DNA of 64,000 bases from Candidatus Liptonbacteria bacterium (GTDB lineage Bacteria; Patescibacteriota; Minisyncoccia; UBA6257; 2-01-FULL-56-20). Location of the stretch: contig JACQKW010000015.1 in NCBI GenBank assembly GCA_016204385.1, positions 98,155 through 162,154 on the forward strand, written 5' to 3'. The notes beneath the pieces were generated by a model, which did not search any database, was not told the DNA's origin, and saw only the letters and a list, made by a program, of their open reading frames with translations. Position numbers and translations under genes: made by a program. Each line of letters opens with the position of its first letter. Position 1 is the stretch's first letter. Positions 9,412 to 20,021 of this stretch are shown one piece after another.

Positions 9412-10920
9412 GTGTGGCGGCGCGGTAAAACATCGATGCACATCAAAGATTTCATATTCGAACCGAAGACGGGCGGGCAAAGGATCGGGCGAAGGATTTT
9501 CCGGAACGCGTTCTGGCTCACGTTCGGCGATGTGCTGAATCGGGTCCTCAAGCTCGCCCTTGTGGCGGTTATGACGCGCGTACTTCCCGTCGCGGAGTTC
9601 GGCGCGTTCACGTTTACGCTGAATCTCTTAGGGCTCACGTTCATACTCGCCGATCTTGGCATCTCAAACGTGCTCCAGCGAAGACTTGCGGCCGAGGACG
9701 ATCGCACGTACCTCTCAACCACGTTTGCCATGAAACTCGGGCTTCTTGTGCTTGCGGGCGTAGTTTCGCGTATCGCGGCAGGAGTAAGCGACCCTGCCGT
9801 TGCAGCGCTCGCATCCGTCCTTATTTTCATGATGGCGCTCGACGTGCTTAAGAATTTCTTCCTCGTCATTCACACCGCGAAAAACCGCATGGACAAAGTT
9901 GCCATCGCGAACAATGCGGAAACCGCAGTGATCGTGCTTCTCGGATTTCTCGTGCTTACGAACGTTCCCTCGGTCATCGCGCTTGCGTGGGTATATGTGC
10001 TCGGAGCGCTCGCCGCATTCTCCTACGTCGCGTGGACCGTGCGGCGGGAACTCCTGGGGCTTTTTTCGTTTATCAACGTCCGGCTCATGAAAACAGTGGC
10101 GTGGGCGGGCTGGCCGCTCGCCTTGGGGGGCATGGTATGGGGGCTTATGAGCACCACCGACAGCCTAATCCTCGGATGGCTCACGAACCTTGAGCTCGCG
10201 GCATTCTACAACGCCGCCGCAAAAATTCCCCAGTTTTTGGGGCCAATCGGGGGAATCGTGGTGGGCGCGACGTTTCCCTCGCTCGTCGCAACCATAAAAA
10301 ATCATGAGCTTCACAAAAAACTTTTCGAGAGAATCAATGAAATTCTGTTTGCCCTCACCATACCGATCGCGGCCGGGGGCCTATTGGTCGCCGAACCCAT
10401 AATCCGAACGCTCTATGGCGACGCCTACCTTCCCTCGGCGTTCGTGCTTATATTTCTCCTTTTTAACCTCGTACAAACCGCCATTAATTTCTTTCTCACC
10501 CAACTTATCTTCGCGCACGATCATCAGTCGCAATCGCTCCTCTATGTCTCGCTCGCGTGGCTCACAAATATTGCCTTGAGCGTCATTCTTATTCCGATCT
10601 ATGGCATGGGAGGGGCAGTCGGCGCCACGATCCTCGGCCAAGGGCTTATCTTCATTTCGCACACACATTTCGTAAAAAGAAAATACGGGCTCGTCGTACT
10701 CACGAAAGAGGTGGCAAAGCCGGCATTCGCGGCGGCAATGATGTATGTGATACTTTTGGCGTTCGGCGCCGGCCGCAGGTCAATCTTCATCACGATACCA
10801 GCGGGAGCTATTCTTTACGGAATTATACTGATCGCACTCAAGCCAAATCTTCTTCACGACATTAAAAGCCTCTTTCGCGGAGAGAAACCGCGAATTGCGC
10901 CGGAGACCGGGAATCTTTAA
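9412..10920 (+). CDS. wzx: Wzx-type polysaccharide/oligosaccharide flippase (MOP superfamily)
   Basis: About 500 aa with 12-14 TM helices and the typical polysaccharide-biosynthesis-protein N-terminal region (FWLTFGDVLNRVLKLALVAVMTRVL). The start is probably the internal Met at 9436. Confidence 0.8.
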   Translation: MWRRGKTSMHIKDFIFEPKTGGQRIGRRIFRNAFWLTFGDVLNRVLKLALVAVMTRVLPVAEFGAFTFTLNLLGLTFILADLGISNVLQRRLAAEDDRTYLSTTFAMKLGLLVLAGVVSRIAAGVSDPAVAALASVLIFMMALDVLKNFFLVIHTAKNRMDKVAIANNAETAVIVLLGFLVLTNVPSVIALAWVYVLGALAAFSYVAWTVRRELLGLFSFINVRLMKTVAWAGWPLALGGMVWGLMSTTDSLILGWLTNLELAAFYNAAAKIPQFLGPIGGIVVGATFPSLVATIKNHELHKKLFERINEILFALTIPIAAGGLLVAEPIIRTLYGDAYLPSAFVLIFLLFNLVQTAINFFLTQLIFAHDHQSQSLLYVSLAWLTNIALSVILIPIYGMGGAVGATILGQGLIFISHTHFVKRKYGLVVLTKEVAKPAFAAAMMYVILLAFGAGRRSIFITIPAGAILYGIILIALKPNLLHDIKSLFRGEKPRIAPETGNL

Positions 10921-11909
10921 CGCTTGCGCGCCCTGAACGTCAGTTCATCTCCCAGTGTGAAGGGACGGAGCAGAGGATCAATGAAAAACTCCGCGGCGTT
11001 TGAAATCGCATTCAACTGGCGCAGGGTTTTTGCGCCTGCAGCTCTGAATTTCGGGAATGCATACCCGATGTCCGCCATGAGAGTGGAGAAAATCTTGACC
11101 GAAACAACCGAAGTTACGCGAAAACCGCATTGCGAGAGAAGGGTGAGCAGATTTTTCTTGTTGTAGTTATACAAATGCCGCGGAATCTCGAATCCAAACC
11201 AGTTTTTTCCGAACAATCGCGCGAGAAAACTCCCGGTATTGGGAACGGTAATAATGACCTCCCCGTCGTCTTTGAGGATGCGCTTTGCTTCGGACAGCAT
11301 TTCCTTCGGATCGGGCAGATGCTCAAATACGTGGTGCATGGTGATCGCGTCGAAATGGCTGTCAGGAAAACGGAGTTCGCCCACCGTCCCAACATGGGCG
11401 TCGAGCCCCCTTTTCTTCGCGACCCCAACCGCGCGCTCTGAAAAATCAATACCAACGACTTCCGTCCATCCTACACGCTTCATTGACGACATGAACTGGC
11501 CGCTTCCGCAACCGATATCAAGCAGACTGCCGTTGTCCCGATAGTAAGGATAATGCGCGAGCCGTAACGCATAGGGATAGAAAATGACCTGCCACCATCT
11601 CTTCCCCGGCGGATATCCGAACCAATAGCGCCGCGCTCCGCGGGACATCACGTTCCGGATCCTGCCCGTCGTTTCGCCATGCGCTCCGGAGTCCGCAAAA
11701 TCGGCGTGAGGTCCGTATTCGCGGGGGTAATGCGCGTGAAGCACGCGCTCCCCGGGGTGGGGCGAAAGAAATACCAGTCCGCACGCCGGACAGCGCCAAA
11801 GATCAAATTCACCCTTGCGGCCTTCGTAGAGCCGATCCGGGCTTCGGAAGTAGGGCGAGGCCGCCCGCGCGCAGATAAAACACCGAATATCCTTTCGTGG
11901 AGAATCCAT
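10917..11909 (-). CDS. Class I SAM-dependent methyltransferase with an N-terminal CxxC...CxxC zinc ribbon
   Basis: CFICARAAS...CPACG, then LLDIGCGSGQF (motif I) and a later acidic motif II. It overlaps wzx by 4 nt. Confidence 0.7.
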   Translation of the reverse strand: MDSPRKDIRCFICARAASPYFRSPDRLYEGRKGEFDLWRCPACGLVFLSPHPGERVLHAHYPREYGPHADFADSGAHGETTGRIRNVMSRGARRYWFGYPPGKRWWQVIFYPYALRLAHYPYYRDNGSLLDIGCGSGQFMSSMKRVGWTEVVGIDFSERAVGVAKKRGLDAHVGTVGELRFPDSHFDAITMHHVFEHLPDPKEMLSEAKRILKDDGEVIITVPNTGSFLARLFGKNWFGFEIPRHLYNYNKKNLLTLLSQCGFRVTSVVSVKIFSTLMADIGYAFPKFRAAGAKTLRQLNAISNAAEFFIDPLLRPFTLGDELTFRARKR

Positions 11910-12644
11910 CTACTGAACAGAGCGGATGATTTTTTTAAAAAGGGCCTTGATCGGTTTTCTTAGGGCGCCGGGAATCGGGAGCGCGCGCAGGCCGTAGATC
12001 ATGTTCAAAAAGTACGCGTAGCGATTCCTTATCCTGTCCCACGACGTCTGCCGCGCGGGGTGCACCTTTGTCGCAAAACTTACGGAGTCAATCACGCCCG
12101 CCGCGCGGAAATGCCGCGAGAGAAAAATACACTCACGTACCACTCGTTTCACGTCGTCGAACGTCGAATCGTGATAGGCAATTACGCCGCCTTCGATAAG
12201 GTGCGGGAACCATGAATCGAAATCGAGCTTCGCCGCCTCGTAGGCGTGTGCGCCGTCGATCCAAAGAAATTCCACCGGTGTATCCCACGTCTTCGCCACA
12301 CTTTCCGAACGGCCAACGATCGGCACCACAAATTCGGTTACCCCTGCGTGTGTAATGTTTTTTTTGAATTCCTCGAACGTCCAGATGTTTTTCGTTTTGA
12401 ATATCTCGTGGTGTTCCGGCGCCCCCGTATGCGGGTCTATTGCGTATACTTTTCCCCCCTTGCCGTCCTTGAGGCCATTCGCAAGCCAAATCGTTGATTT
12501 TCCTTTCCAGGAACCGATTTCTACAATCGCGCCTCTGCCGGTGCATCTTCTTGCCGTTTCATAGAGAAACCTTCCCTCGTCACGAGAGAGCCATCCATCC
12601 ACATGCTCCAGCGTTTTTTCAATTTCGCCAATTCTCTCGTTCAT
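11910..12644 (-). CDS. Class I SAM-dependent methyltransferase (Methyltransf_24-like, sugar O-methyltransferase candidate)
   Basis: IVEIGSWKGKSTIWLA glycine-rich SAM loop, then IDPH..., about 240 aa. Its start is adjacent to the stop of the previous methyltransferase. Confidence 0.6.
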   Translation of the reverse strand: MNERIGEIEKTLEHVDGWLSRDEGRFLYETARRCTGRGAIVEIGSWKGKSTIWLANGLKDGKGGKVYAIDPHTGAPEHHEIFKTKNIWTFEEFKKNITHAGVTEFVVPIVGRSESVAKTWDTPVEFLWIDGAHAYEAAKLDFDSWFPHLIEGGVIAYHDSTFDDVKRVVRECIFLSRHFRAAGVIDSVSFATKVHPARQTSWDRIRNRYAYFLNMIYGLRALPIPGALRKPIKALFKKIIRSVQ

Positions 12645-12645
12645 C

Positions 12646-13659
12646 TTAAAAAATCACTTCTTCCGGAAGAGCTTCCTTCGCGAGGCCCCAATCTTCTCCG
12701 CTCGGAAGCCAGGGTTTCTTCGCGCGAAGCATCTTGAGGTAGAAAGGTTTATTGCGCTCAAAATCGGAACGCGGCCGTCCGCTCTCGACCCCTCCTCGTT
12801 CATGATCCTGGTGGTAGATAGGATACGGAAATATTTTCTGGGTAAGGCCCGCGGCAAGCGCCATAAAGCAGAGGGCGTCAGGATACGCATAGTGGTTCAC
12901 CTCCGGATAGCCGCCAAAAAAATCCCACCATTTTTTGTGCATGAGAAAGAAGTCCCCGGCGGCGTTCATGTAAGGAGGGGGGTGGGGGAAAAACCTGGCG
13001 CGGTTCCTTAGGTAGGTGAGCATTCTTCTCGCGTTGCGCGCACCGAACCAATATTCGCCGCGCACGAACATGGCGCCATAATTGTTGTGTACGTACCGAA
13101 AATTATCCGCGCAAAATGCGAGTTGCTCCTCCGGGGAGAGTGCGCGCGGGATCGCATCTTTTGGGAGATCATGCCGATCAACGCGATACACCGAATGCTC
13201 GTCCAAACGTCTCGACCCGAAATACCCTACAAGCTCGCTGCTGTAGACGAGGTCGGGGTTCGTGCAAAGCACGTATTCTCCGCGCGCGCGGCGCGCGCCG
13301 ACGTTCTTCCCGAAATATTCGAAAAAGTACTGCCGGTCGCCGTGTGGCACCGTGCGATGCACTGCGGGGGGCACTTCCACAATCCGGACGCTGCCGTAGG
13401 GAAGTTGCCGTGGCCAGGCAAGCACATTCTTTAGTTTCGGCTGATTGGCCGGGGGGTTCCACTCAACGATAATAAGCTCCGCGTTCAATGCATACTTCTC
13501 CCATAGATAAAACTGATTGTTTAAAAAGATTTGAAAACGATCTAAAAATCCTTCGCCGTAATTATCGTTTCTCCCAACAACGACGAGCGAAAGATACGGG
13601 TTATGCGGTGTTCGTTGTGCGCGTTTCATATGATTCCTTTGTGCGCCTATGCCAAACAA
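12646..13659 (-). CDS. Hypothetical protein, possible GT-A-like glycosyltransferase
   Basis: The LSLVVVGRNDNYGEG and IIVEWNP segments resemble GT-A strand/loop patterns, and NPDL is a possible DxD variant. This is weak and based on pattern only. Confidence 0.3.
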   Translation of the reverse strand: MFGIGAQRNHMKRAQRTPHNPYLSLVVVGRNDNYGEGFLDRFQIFLNNQFYLWEKYALNAELIIVEWNPPANQPKLKNVLAWPRQLPYGSVRIVEVPPAVHRTVPHGDRQYFFEYFGKNVGARRARGEYVLCTNPDLVYSSELVGYFGSRRLDEHSVYRVDRHDLPKDAIPRALSPEEQLAFCADNFRYVHNNYGAMFVRGEYWFGARNARRMLTYLRNRARFFPHPPPYMNAAGDFFLMHKKWWDFFGGYPEVNHYAYPDALCFMALAAGLTQKIFPYPIYHQDHERGGVESGRPRSDFERNKPFYLKMLRAKKPWLPSGEDWGLAKEALPEEVIF

Positions 13660-16090
13660 ATATTACCGGGACAATTGCCATAGTCAACAGCGACACGATG
13701 ATCGAGTACGGGAAAAAGAGGGGTTCGTACGCAAATCGCACCTCGTGAGTTCCCTTGGGGACATATACCCCGCGGAAGAGCACGTTTGCGGGATACACTG
13801 CCGTAGGCCTGTCGTCCAAATAAGCGCGCCAGCGACTGAAGAACGTATCGGTCAAAACCAGCATCGCGTCCCGATCAGCTTCGGTTGAAATGACGACTTC
13901 ATCGGGGCGATAAGAAACAATGTCCGCCGCTACGTAGCGCTCTTTGCCGGAACCAAGAAGTTCTGCTTCGCCGCCGCCCTCAAGAACCACCGACGTTTTT
14001 GGATCAAATGATTCGGCATAGAACATATCGCGCGCCTCGGCTGGCGTCCGAGCATCCATTACATGAAAGACAAGGTATGCTCGAGGCAAAACCACAGTAT
14101 TTTCGTAAATCCGAAGATCGTCATCATAGACAAGCTTAAACGCTGAATCAACCGCTTCGAAAGGCATGGTTGATTCCGTCACAAAGTATTTCAGATTCGC
14201 CGCGTCAAAGAACTTCTGGGGAGTAGCGGCGACATCTTCTGTGTTTAATTTAAAATAATCGTGATCATTTTTTAAAATCGTGTCCGGCACGAACGAGCGG
14301 AATCGTTCCGGAAATACGGCTGATGTGGTTTGAAACTTACGGATACGATAAGTATCCCCTAAACTCACCGGGAACGTATATCCCGTGCTTATAACTCCGA
14401 AGTAATCACTGCTCGTCTTTGACTGCAAGAACTCTACGAATGGCGGCGTTACGTATGGATCGAAGTATTTGAATCCATCCCTTATTTTCGGCATATACAA
14501 CCATGATTCGAATACAAGGAATATAAGAAGCGCAGTGAGCGCGAATGTCTTCTTTGATCGAACCGCCCAAAAGATGAGCGCAACCACCACTGACGCGAAA
14601 AGTACGGTCTTCAGAAAAAGGAAGGACACGAAATACGCCCCGTCGCGGATGAATGAAAGCGCGGCGCTTCTTATCCATTCCGGGAACCTTGCAAGCGCGT
14701 TCTCTATAAGCCCCACGGTCTCCGGCCGGCGATTCAGAAGATCTAAATCAGGGGTGTAGCTTTGAAGGAATTCGCCGCGGAACGCGAGAAATATAAAGAG
14801 GAATGCCGCAATAATGGACAGTATCGAGGCAAGAAATCGCCTTGTATCAAACCGGAGACGACGGGAAAGGCCGTCGAACGCGAACGCGGCAACCACGCTT
14901 ACCGCAAACGCCATTGGTCCGTAGAGCTTATGCCACCCGATCTTGTCGAGTATCGGAAGGCTTCCTATCCAGTGCACAAGCGGAAATCCAAATATCTTCA
15001 GGATTCCGAACGCGACGAATCCGTAGAAAAAATAGATGACGTTCGGCTTCGGCCGCATGAAAAAGCTTAAAAGAAAGAGTAAAAGAACGGCGATCGTGAC
15101 GTACGGCACGATGTTCAAGAATGTGTCGAAAAGATGCCCCCCGATCGCGAATTCCAGGAACGTCGAGGGTGTCACGAACAGATGAAGAAGATATATTGGG
15201 TTCGCGTACTCGAGTCCGTGTTTCATCGTAACGAACGGCCCGTAATCGTAGATGGTGACGGCCTGAACGAAAAGCGTAAGAAGATCAATGAAATACGGAA
15301 GCGCGATAAGCCCCCCGATCAACATAATAAACACAAAACTCCTTATATGCGCAGCATACCGTGCGCGGAGCGTCCTCTCATTAAAAACTCTCCAAAGAAA
15401 ATACGCACCGAAGAAGAGGGTGGCCAAGATCACCGACTGGGGCTGACCCGCGACGGTGAGAAGCCCCACGAATAATCCCGTAAGAAATACGTAACGCCCT
15501 CGGCCTGTTCCTCCCTGCAGATATTTTTCCAAGCCGAAGAAGATGTACGGCAGAGTTGCCTCAATGTCCAGAAACCAATAGGTAAGAAAGACAAAAAAAT
15601 ATCCGGAGAACATATACGCGACTCCCCCGAAGAGCGCGGAGCGCCTCTCGAGCCCCATCGTTCGAAGATAAAGGAAAGCGCCGAACCCCGCGATTATAAA
15701 TCTGAGGATAATCGCCCAATCGAATGCCCTAAGAGTGTCGAAGATATAGAAATAGGCGAGCCGGAAGGGATTATAGAGCGCGCCGCCCAAGAGAAGCGCG
15801 GACTCTCCCCCGCCATCGTACGGAGACCACAGCGGCAGGCGGCCCGATTTCAAAGTCTCGATTGCGAAACGCGTCGCAGGCACCTCGGTACGCACATGCG
15901 TGCTCCCATCAATTACCCACGGCGTCTTGATCTGCGGCGGGACAAGGTTGTGGCGCTCGTAGAGAACCGGAAACGCCTCGAAAAGCGATTGAAACCCGAG
16001 CGCAACCGGAAGGAAAAAGAGGAGCGCGAGAAGGCCTACAAAAAATAGGCCGTAGAAATAGTCGTTTTTGAAAGTAAAGGGGTTTTTCAT
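13601..16090 (-). CDS. YfhO-family large membrane glycosyltransferase (GT-C-like)
   Basis: 829 aa. It has many N-terminal TM helices plus a large C-terminal soluble domain, and is rich in aromatic residues, with an overall YfhO-like layout. Its ATG is directly preceded by conserved motif instance 2. Confidence 0.5.
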   Translation of the reverse strand: MKNPFTFKNDYFYGLFFVGLLALLFFLPVALGFQSLFEAFPVLYERHNLVPPQIKTPWVIDGSTHVRTEVPATRFAIETLKSGRLPLWSPYDGGGESALLLGGALYNPFRLAYFYIFDTLRAFDWAIILRFIIAGFGAFLYLRTMGLERRSALFGGVAYMFSGYFFVFLTYWFLDIEATLPYIFFGLEKYLQGGTGRGRYVFLTGLFVGLLTVAGQPQSVILATLFFGAYFLWRVFNERTLRARYAAHIRSFVFIMLIGGLIALPYFIDLLTLFVQAVTIYDYGPFVTMKHGLEYANPIYLLHLFVTPSTFLEFAIGGHLFDTFLNIVPYVTIAVLLLFLLSFFMRPKPNVIYFFYGFVAFGILKIFGFPLVHWIGSLPILDKIGWHKLYGPMAFAVSVVAAFAFDGLSRRLRFDTRRFLASILSIIAAFLFIFLAFRGEFLQSYTPDLDLLNRRPETVGLIENALARFPEWIRSAALSFIRDGAYFVSFLFLKTVLFASVVVALIFWAVRSKKTFALTALLIFLVFESWLYMPKIRDGFKYFDPYVTPPFVEFLQSKTSSDYFGVISTGYTFPVSLGDTYRIRKFQTTSAVFPERFRSFVPDTILKNDHDYFKLNTEDVAATPQKFFDAANLKYFVTESTMPFEAVDSAFKLVYDDDLRIYENTVVLPRAYLVFHVMDARTPAEARDMFYAESFDPKTSVVLEGGGEAELLGSGKERYVAADIVSYRPDEVVISTEADRDAMLVLTDTFFSRWRAYLDDRPTAVYPANVLFRGVYVPKGTHEVRFAYEPLFFPYSIIVSLLTMAIVPVIFVWHRRTKESYETRTTNTA

Positions 16091-16118
16091 CGTAAAGAGT
16101 AATGAGTAAAGGGTAATG
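16091..16118. promoter_or_regulatory. Conserved island motif, instance 2 (CGTAAAGAGTAATGAGTAAAGGGTAATG)
   Basis: It abuts the ATG of the YfhO-like gene. It is near-identical to instance 1. Confidence 0.4.
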
Positions 16119-16134
16119 AAAAAAATGCGGGGGG

Positions 16135-16968
16135 TCAGTATTCGGGCGTGCGCGCTCTTCTTTTCGCATACTGGAATAATTTCGGAAATTTCATTTTTAC
16201 GGCGCCCGCAAATCCCCTCAAATAACGATTTTTAACGAAGAGCAGCGTAAAAGGAGAAAAAAATCTTCCGCCGTGTTTTCGATTTACCGTCCACGTTTCG
16301 TCCCATGATCGCTTCGCGCCAACCCATGATTTTTTCTCTTCATGCAAGCCGCCGACACTTGTCACTTCGGGAATATGCCGGACAGTGCCGTGAGATCTCA
16401 TAATCCGCAAAAAAAGTTCGTACTCCGGCACATACTCGATCCGCTCGTCGAGATACCCTACATTCGGAAGCCACGATCTCCGAAAGATGCTTCCGTCCTG
16501 CGGGATCTGATATCCCCGATTTAACATGTCGTCGAGCGTGTAACGCCGATAGCGGCGGCGCACTCGGTTTCCGTCCGCATATTCACCCCAGCTATCACCG
16601 TAGATAATGTCGGCATCCGGCACGCGCACCGCCTCCTTCATAAGGACGGCAATCCCCTCGGGGAGCCAATAATCGTCATCATGGGTAACCGTTACGTATT
16701 CACCTTGCGCCATCCGGAGTCCCTTGTTGATGGCTTCGACTTGATTTCTGTCCTTCTCCGATATCCACCGCAGACGATACTTTTTTTCATAGCGTGCGAG
16801 GAGTTCCTGCGTTCCGTCGTTCGAGAGACCGTCCACCACCACATGCTCCACATTTTTGTATGTCTGCGCAATGACGCTCTGAATCAGCCGCTCGAGCAAT
16901 TGCTTGCGGTTCCGCGTCGCGGTGACAACGGTTACCAAAGGATACTGCGACATCGATCTATGATTCAT
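16135..16968 (-). CDS. Family 2 glycosyltransferase
   Basis: LVTVVTATRNRKQLLERLIQSVIAQTY...VDGLSNDGT and DDDD. Confidence 0.8.
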   Translation of the reverse strand: MNHRSMSQYPLVTVVTATRNRKQLLERLIQSVIAQTYKNVEHVVVDGLSNDGTQELLARYEKKYRLRWISEKDRNQVEAINKGLRMAQGEYVTVTHDDDYWLPEGIAVLMKEAVRVPDADIIYGDSWGEYADGNRVRRRYRRYTLDDMLNRGYQIPQDGSIFRRSWLPNVGYLDERIEYVPEYELFLRIMRSHGTVRHIPEVTSVGGLHEEKKSWVGAKRSWDETWTVNRKHGGRFFSPFTLLFVKNRYLRGFAGAVKMKFPKLFQYAKRRARTPEY

Positions 16969-17028
16969 GATTTAAGATTTACAAAAGCGACACAATTGTC
17001 CCATAATCCCTAATTCATAATTCTTTAT

Positions 17029-18036
17029 TCACGATCTTTTAAGATCGGAGTACCATTTAAGAATCGTGCGCGCCCGGTTGTGGTAGGTATGTTCGCGAAG
17101 CGCGCGTTCGGTTCCCCTTTTCTGAATTTCCTTCCGTTCCTTTTCGTGCGTAAGGTAGTACTCCACTTTTTCGAAAAAATCACGATCGTCTTTCGCCATT
17201 ACCAGCTCGTCTTCGCTGAAGTATTTCCGCGCGAGCGGCACATAGTCGGAAATCTCAAACCCGCTGCACGCAGGAATCTTGAACGTCCGGCCATTCAGAA
17301 GAAAGGTTTTTCTATCGCCCATCTCTTCGTGAAAATTAAGTGAGATCTTCGCCGATGCGTACGCCTGATTTTCCTCCTCATACGGCACTTGGCGCCCTAT
17401 CCTCCAATCAGAAACGAGCCCCGTACCGAAGAGCTTACGCTCGGCTTTCCCGAGCGGCCTCAATATATGGGTGTCAAACGCATCCCATCCCATGCCGAAG
17501 ATTTTTACGTGATATTTGTTCTTGAGCGGGAATAACCGGCGGCGATAGAGTTCCCGCTTCTTCGGAAGATTTGCCCCAACGTAGAGGATGTCGCACTCAT
17601 ATTTTTTTACTGGCGGAACCGGAAAATGGTACTGGCGCGACGCCGCGAGCGGAAGCATGCGAAGCGCGCGGCCGGTGAGAGCTTGAAACTGCGGCCACTC
17701 GAGCTCGGTGGTGTACACATCCGCCAAGTAATCATCGCGGATAAGCCGAATGAGCTCGTGATCGCCTTCTTCGATCACGCCCGCCTTTATGAACACCGCT
17801 CCGCCCCGTACGCGATATGTTTTTAAGGTTTCCGCATTCCGCGCAGGATCAATAATGTTGAGCGAGGTGATAAAAAAATCGGGAGTTACATTCCTCAATT
17901 TTTCTCCAAGATTATCACGCTCGGTCAAAGAAACAACGTCATGGCCGAGACCCCGAAACGCGTAGGTGTAACCGTCGTAGATGGTGCGGTCATCCCCTAT
18001 GCCGGCGGGATAAGGGATGTGATAAAGAATCCTCAT
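17029..18036 (-). CDS. CgeB-like glycosyltransferase, paralog type A (second copy)
   Basis: 335 aa. It aligns along its full length with 6128..7156 (MRILYHIPYPAGIGDDR...; C-terminal ERALREHTYHNRAR). Confidence 0.6.
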   Translation of the reverse strand: MRILYHIPYPAGIGDDRTIYDGYTYAFRGLGHDVVSLTERDNLGEKLRNVTPDFFITSLNIIDPARNAETLKTYRVRGGAVFIKAGVIEEGDHELIRLIRDDYLADVYTTELEWPQFQALTGRALRMLPLAASRQYHFPVPPVKKYECDILYVGANLPKKRELYRRRLFPLKNKYHVKIFGMGWDAFDTHILRPLGKAERKLFGTGLVSDWRIGRQVPYEEENQAYASAKISLNFHEEMGDRKTFLLNGRTFKIPACSGFEISDYVPLARKYFSEDELVMAKDDRDFFEKVEYYLTHEKERKEIQKRGTERALREHTYHNRARTILKWYSDLKRS

Positions 18037-18968
18037 TTTTTCTCCTCGTCAAAATCCGAAAGAAGTTTATCCTTCATCGAGTCATAGGTTTTCTCCATTG
18101 ACTCGACGGTCACATTGTTCTCTATCTCCCACATCTTCGCCTGGATATTAAAAAAATAGAAACAGTACTGCGCGGTGATAATAAGGCCGCGCCAGCCCCA
18201 CCGCCACGCGCCGCCCACGATCATATATTTGAGGAAAAAATATATTGGCTTCCCCACGAGCTTGAGTCCGGAAAAATGACGCCCGAGGCGAAGATTTGCT
18301 TTTGCTTCCTCGGTCGAATATTTGCCGTGCGCCGCCTCAAATTTTGATACGTCATAGGTGCTGAAATGATGTACCGCGTACTTCTCGCCTCGGGGAAGAT
18401 AGAGCACTTGATCCTCCGGCACGGCAATTTTTCCAAACCTGCCGATTTGATTTCCCATAAAATCTATCGCGCCTTTTTTGAAAAACCTCAATGTATATCC
18501 GTCATCCAATTTTACTCCTCCATAGTTATAATTCTTGCGCCACATCCATACCGCTCGATAGTTGTCCTGCCGCGAGAGCATGGCCATCTTTTCGAGAAGG
18601 GACTTGGTAAGAAGTTCATCCACATACGCCCAGTAGAGCCAATCGGTTTTCGCAAGTTTCTCGACGAGCGCTACGGTTTCCGCCCCCTCGGTCCAGCCGG
18701 GATGCTGAAACAACTCTACCCGCGCGCCAAATTTCCGCGCCTCGGCCGCGGTGTCGTCGCGGGTACGGTCGTCGAGCATTACAAGAACCCCGCCGTAACC
18801 GCCGAGATTTCTTAAAAGATACGGGATTCGCCTCGACTCGTCGCGCGCAAATACTACAAATGTTATGGCTTCTTCTTTACCCATAGGTGATAGGCAGGAA
18901 TAGTATGGGCGAGCGTTTCGTGTTTTTAAAGAAAAACGCCCATAGTCGGTGGGGTGCGGGTCGGGCAA
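18033..18968 (-). CDS. GT-A-like glycosyltransferase (GT2-related)
   Basis: ITFVVFARDESRRIPYLLRNL... and DDRTRDD. The likely true start is the internal Met at about 18884 (MGKEEAITFVVF). It overlaps the previous gene by 4 nt. Confidence 0.55.
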   Translation of the reverse strand: MPDPHPTDYGRFSLKTRNARPYYSCLSPMGKEEAITFVVFARDESRRIPYLLRNLGGYGGVLVMLDDRTRDDTAAEARKFGARVELFQHPGWTEGAETVALVEKLAKTDWLYWAYVDELLTKSLLEKMAMLSRQDNYRAVWMWRKNYNYGGVKLDDGYTLRFFKKGAIDFMGNQIGRFGKIAVPEDQVLYLPRGEKYAVHHFSTYDVSKFEAAHGKYSTEEAKANLRLGRHFSGLKLVGKPIYFFLKYMIVGGAWRWGWRGLIITAQYCFYFFNIQAKMWEIENNVTVESMEKTYDSMKDKLLSDFDEEKK

Positions 18969-18979
18969 ACCCCGAAGGA

Positions 18980-19969
18980 CTAAGTGAGCTTGGGCAGTTT
19001 CGCCATACGTTCCAAAATATGCGCCGCATCTTTTTCATTTCCCTGGGATGGATTCTTGAACGCTTCAATATCGGCATGGTGCACATTCTCGGGAAACGGA
19101 AATTGTTTTGCTTTTACCTCGCGCACGTAGGCAGAAAAAACGTCGTACATCAATTGTCCCACGGTTTTTTCTCCCGCGTCAGGTTTGTAGTGCTTGATAT
19201 ATTTAGGAACTGGCCGGGTGCCCCAATCATAGAGATCAAGCGGATCGTGCCCGATTAAGAGCTGGCCGTCCACGTGCCTCCCGGAGCCGATGCCGTAGAC
19301 GGGAATTTTAAGCTCGTTTCTGATGATCCCCGAAACCTCTTCCGTCACGCCCTCAAGAAGAATTGCAAATGCTCCCGCGTTCTCCAGGGCACACGCAGTT
19401 TTGAGAAGCTCCATCGTTCCTTCGACGGTTTTTCCCTGGATCCGATGCCCTCCCATCTCGTGGATTTTCTGGGGATTTAATCCCAAATGCCCCATCACAA
19501 GAATCTCCGCGTTTGCGATTGCTTCAAACCGAGGCAGAAGCTTCATGCTCGCTTCGCATTTCACTGCCGCACACCTCGCTTCTTTTATAAACCGCACCGC
19601 ATTATGCGCTGCGTCTTCGTTTGATGCCTGATACGCGCCCAACGGCATATCGCCCACGGTGAACATCGGCCCCGCGCCCCGCGCGGCGGCGGAGGCAAAC
19701 ACGATCATTTCGTCCATCGTCACCGGAAGCGTGTTGCCGTACCCTAACACCGTCATCCCGAGCGAGTCGCCGATAATTATGACATCAGCGCCGGCTCTGG
19801 CCGCCGTCCGCGCAAACGGATAGTCGTAAATGCTCAAGGCGGCGACCGGGATGCCTTTCTCTTTCATATCGTGAAGGGTGGTAACCTTCACGTCCGGGCG
19901 CGGCTTCGCGGGCGCCGAGCCGTGCGGCGGCGCAGAAGCTGCGGGAAGCGGTCCTTGCGCGTGTGTCAT
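18980..19969 (-). CDS. panB: 3-methyl-2-oxobutanoate hydroxymethyltransferase homolog (PanB family) with N- and C-terminal extensions
   Basis: TTLHDMKEKGIPVAALSIYDYPFARTAARAGADVIIIGDSLGM matches the PanB core. It has an about 25-aa low-complexity N-terminal extension and is embedded in the glycan island. Confidence 0.75.
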   Translation of the reverse strand: MTHAQGPLPAASAPPHGSAPAKPRPDVKVTTLHDMKEKGIPVAALSIYDYPFARTAARAGADVIIIGDSLGMTVLGYGNTLPVTMDEMIVFASAAARGAGPMFTVGDMPLGAYQASNEDAAHNAVRFIKEARCAAVKCEASMKLLPRFEAIANAEILVMGHLGLNPQKIHEMGGHRIQGKTVEGTMELLKTACALENAGAFAILLEGVTEEVSGIIRNELKIPVYGIGSGRHVDGQLLIGHDPLDLYDWGTRPVPKYIKHYKPDAGEKTVGQLMYDVFSAYVREVKAKQFPFPENVHHADIEAFKNPSQGNEKDAAHILERMAKLPKLT

Positions 19970-20021
19970 ATTCCTACACGATATATCGCAACGAGGAAAA
20001 AATCAATGTTCGGGTTAAGAA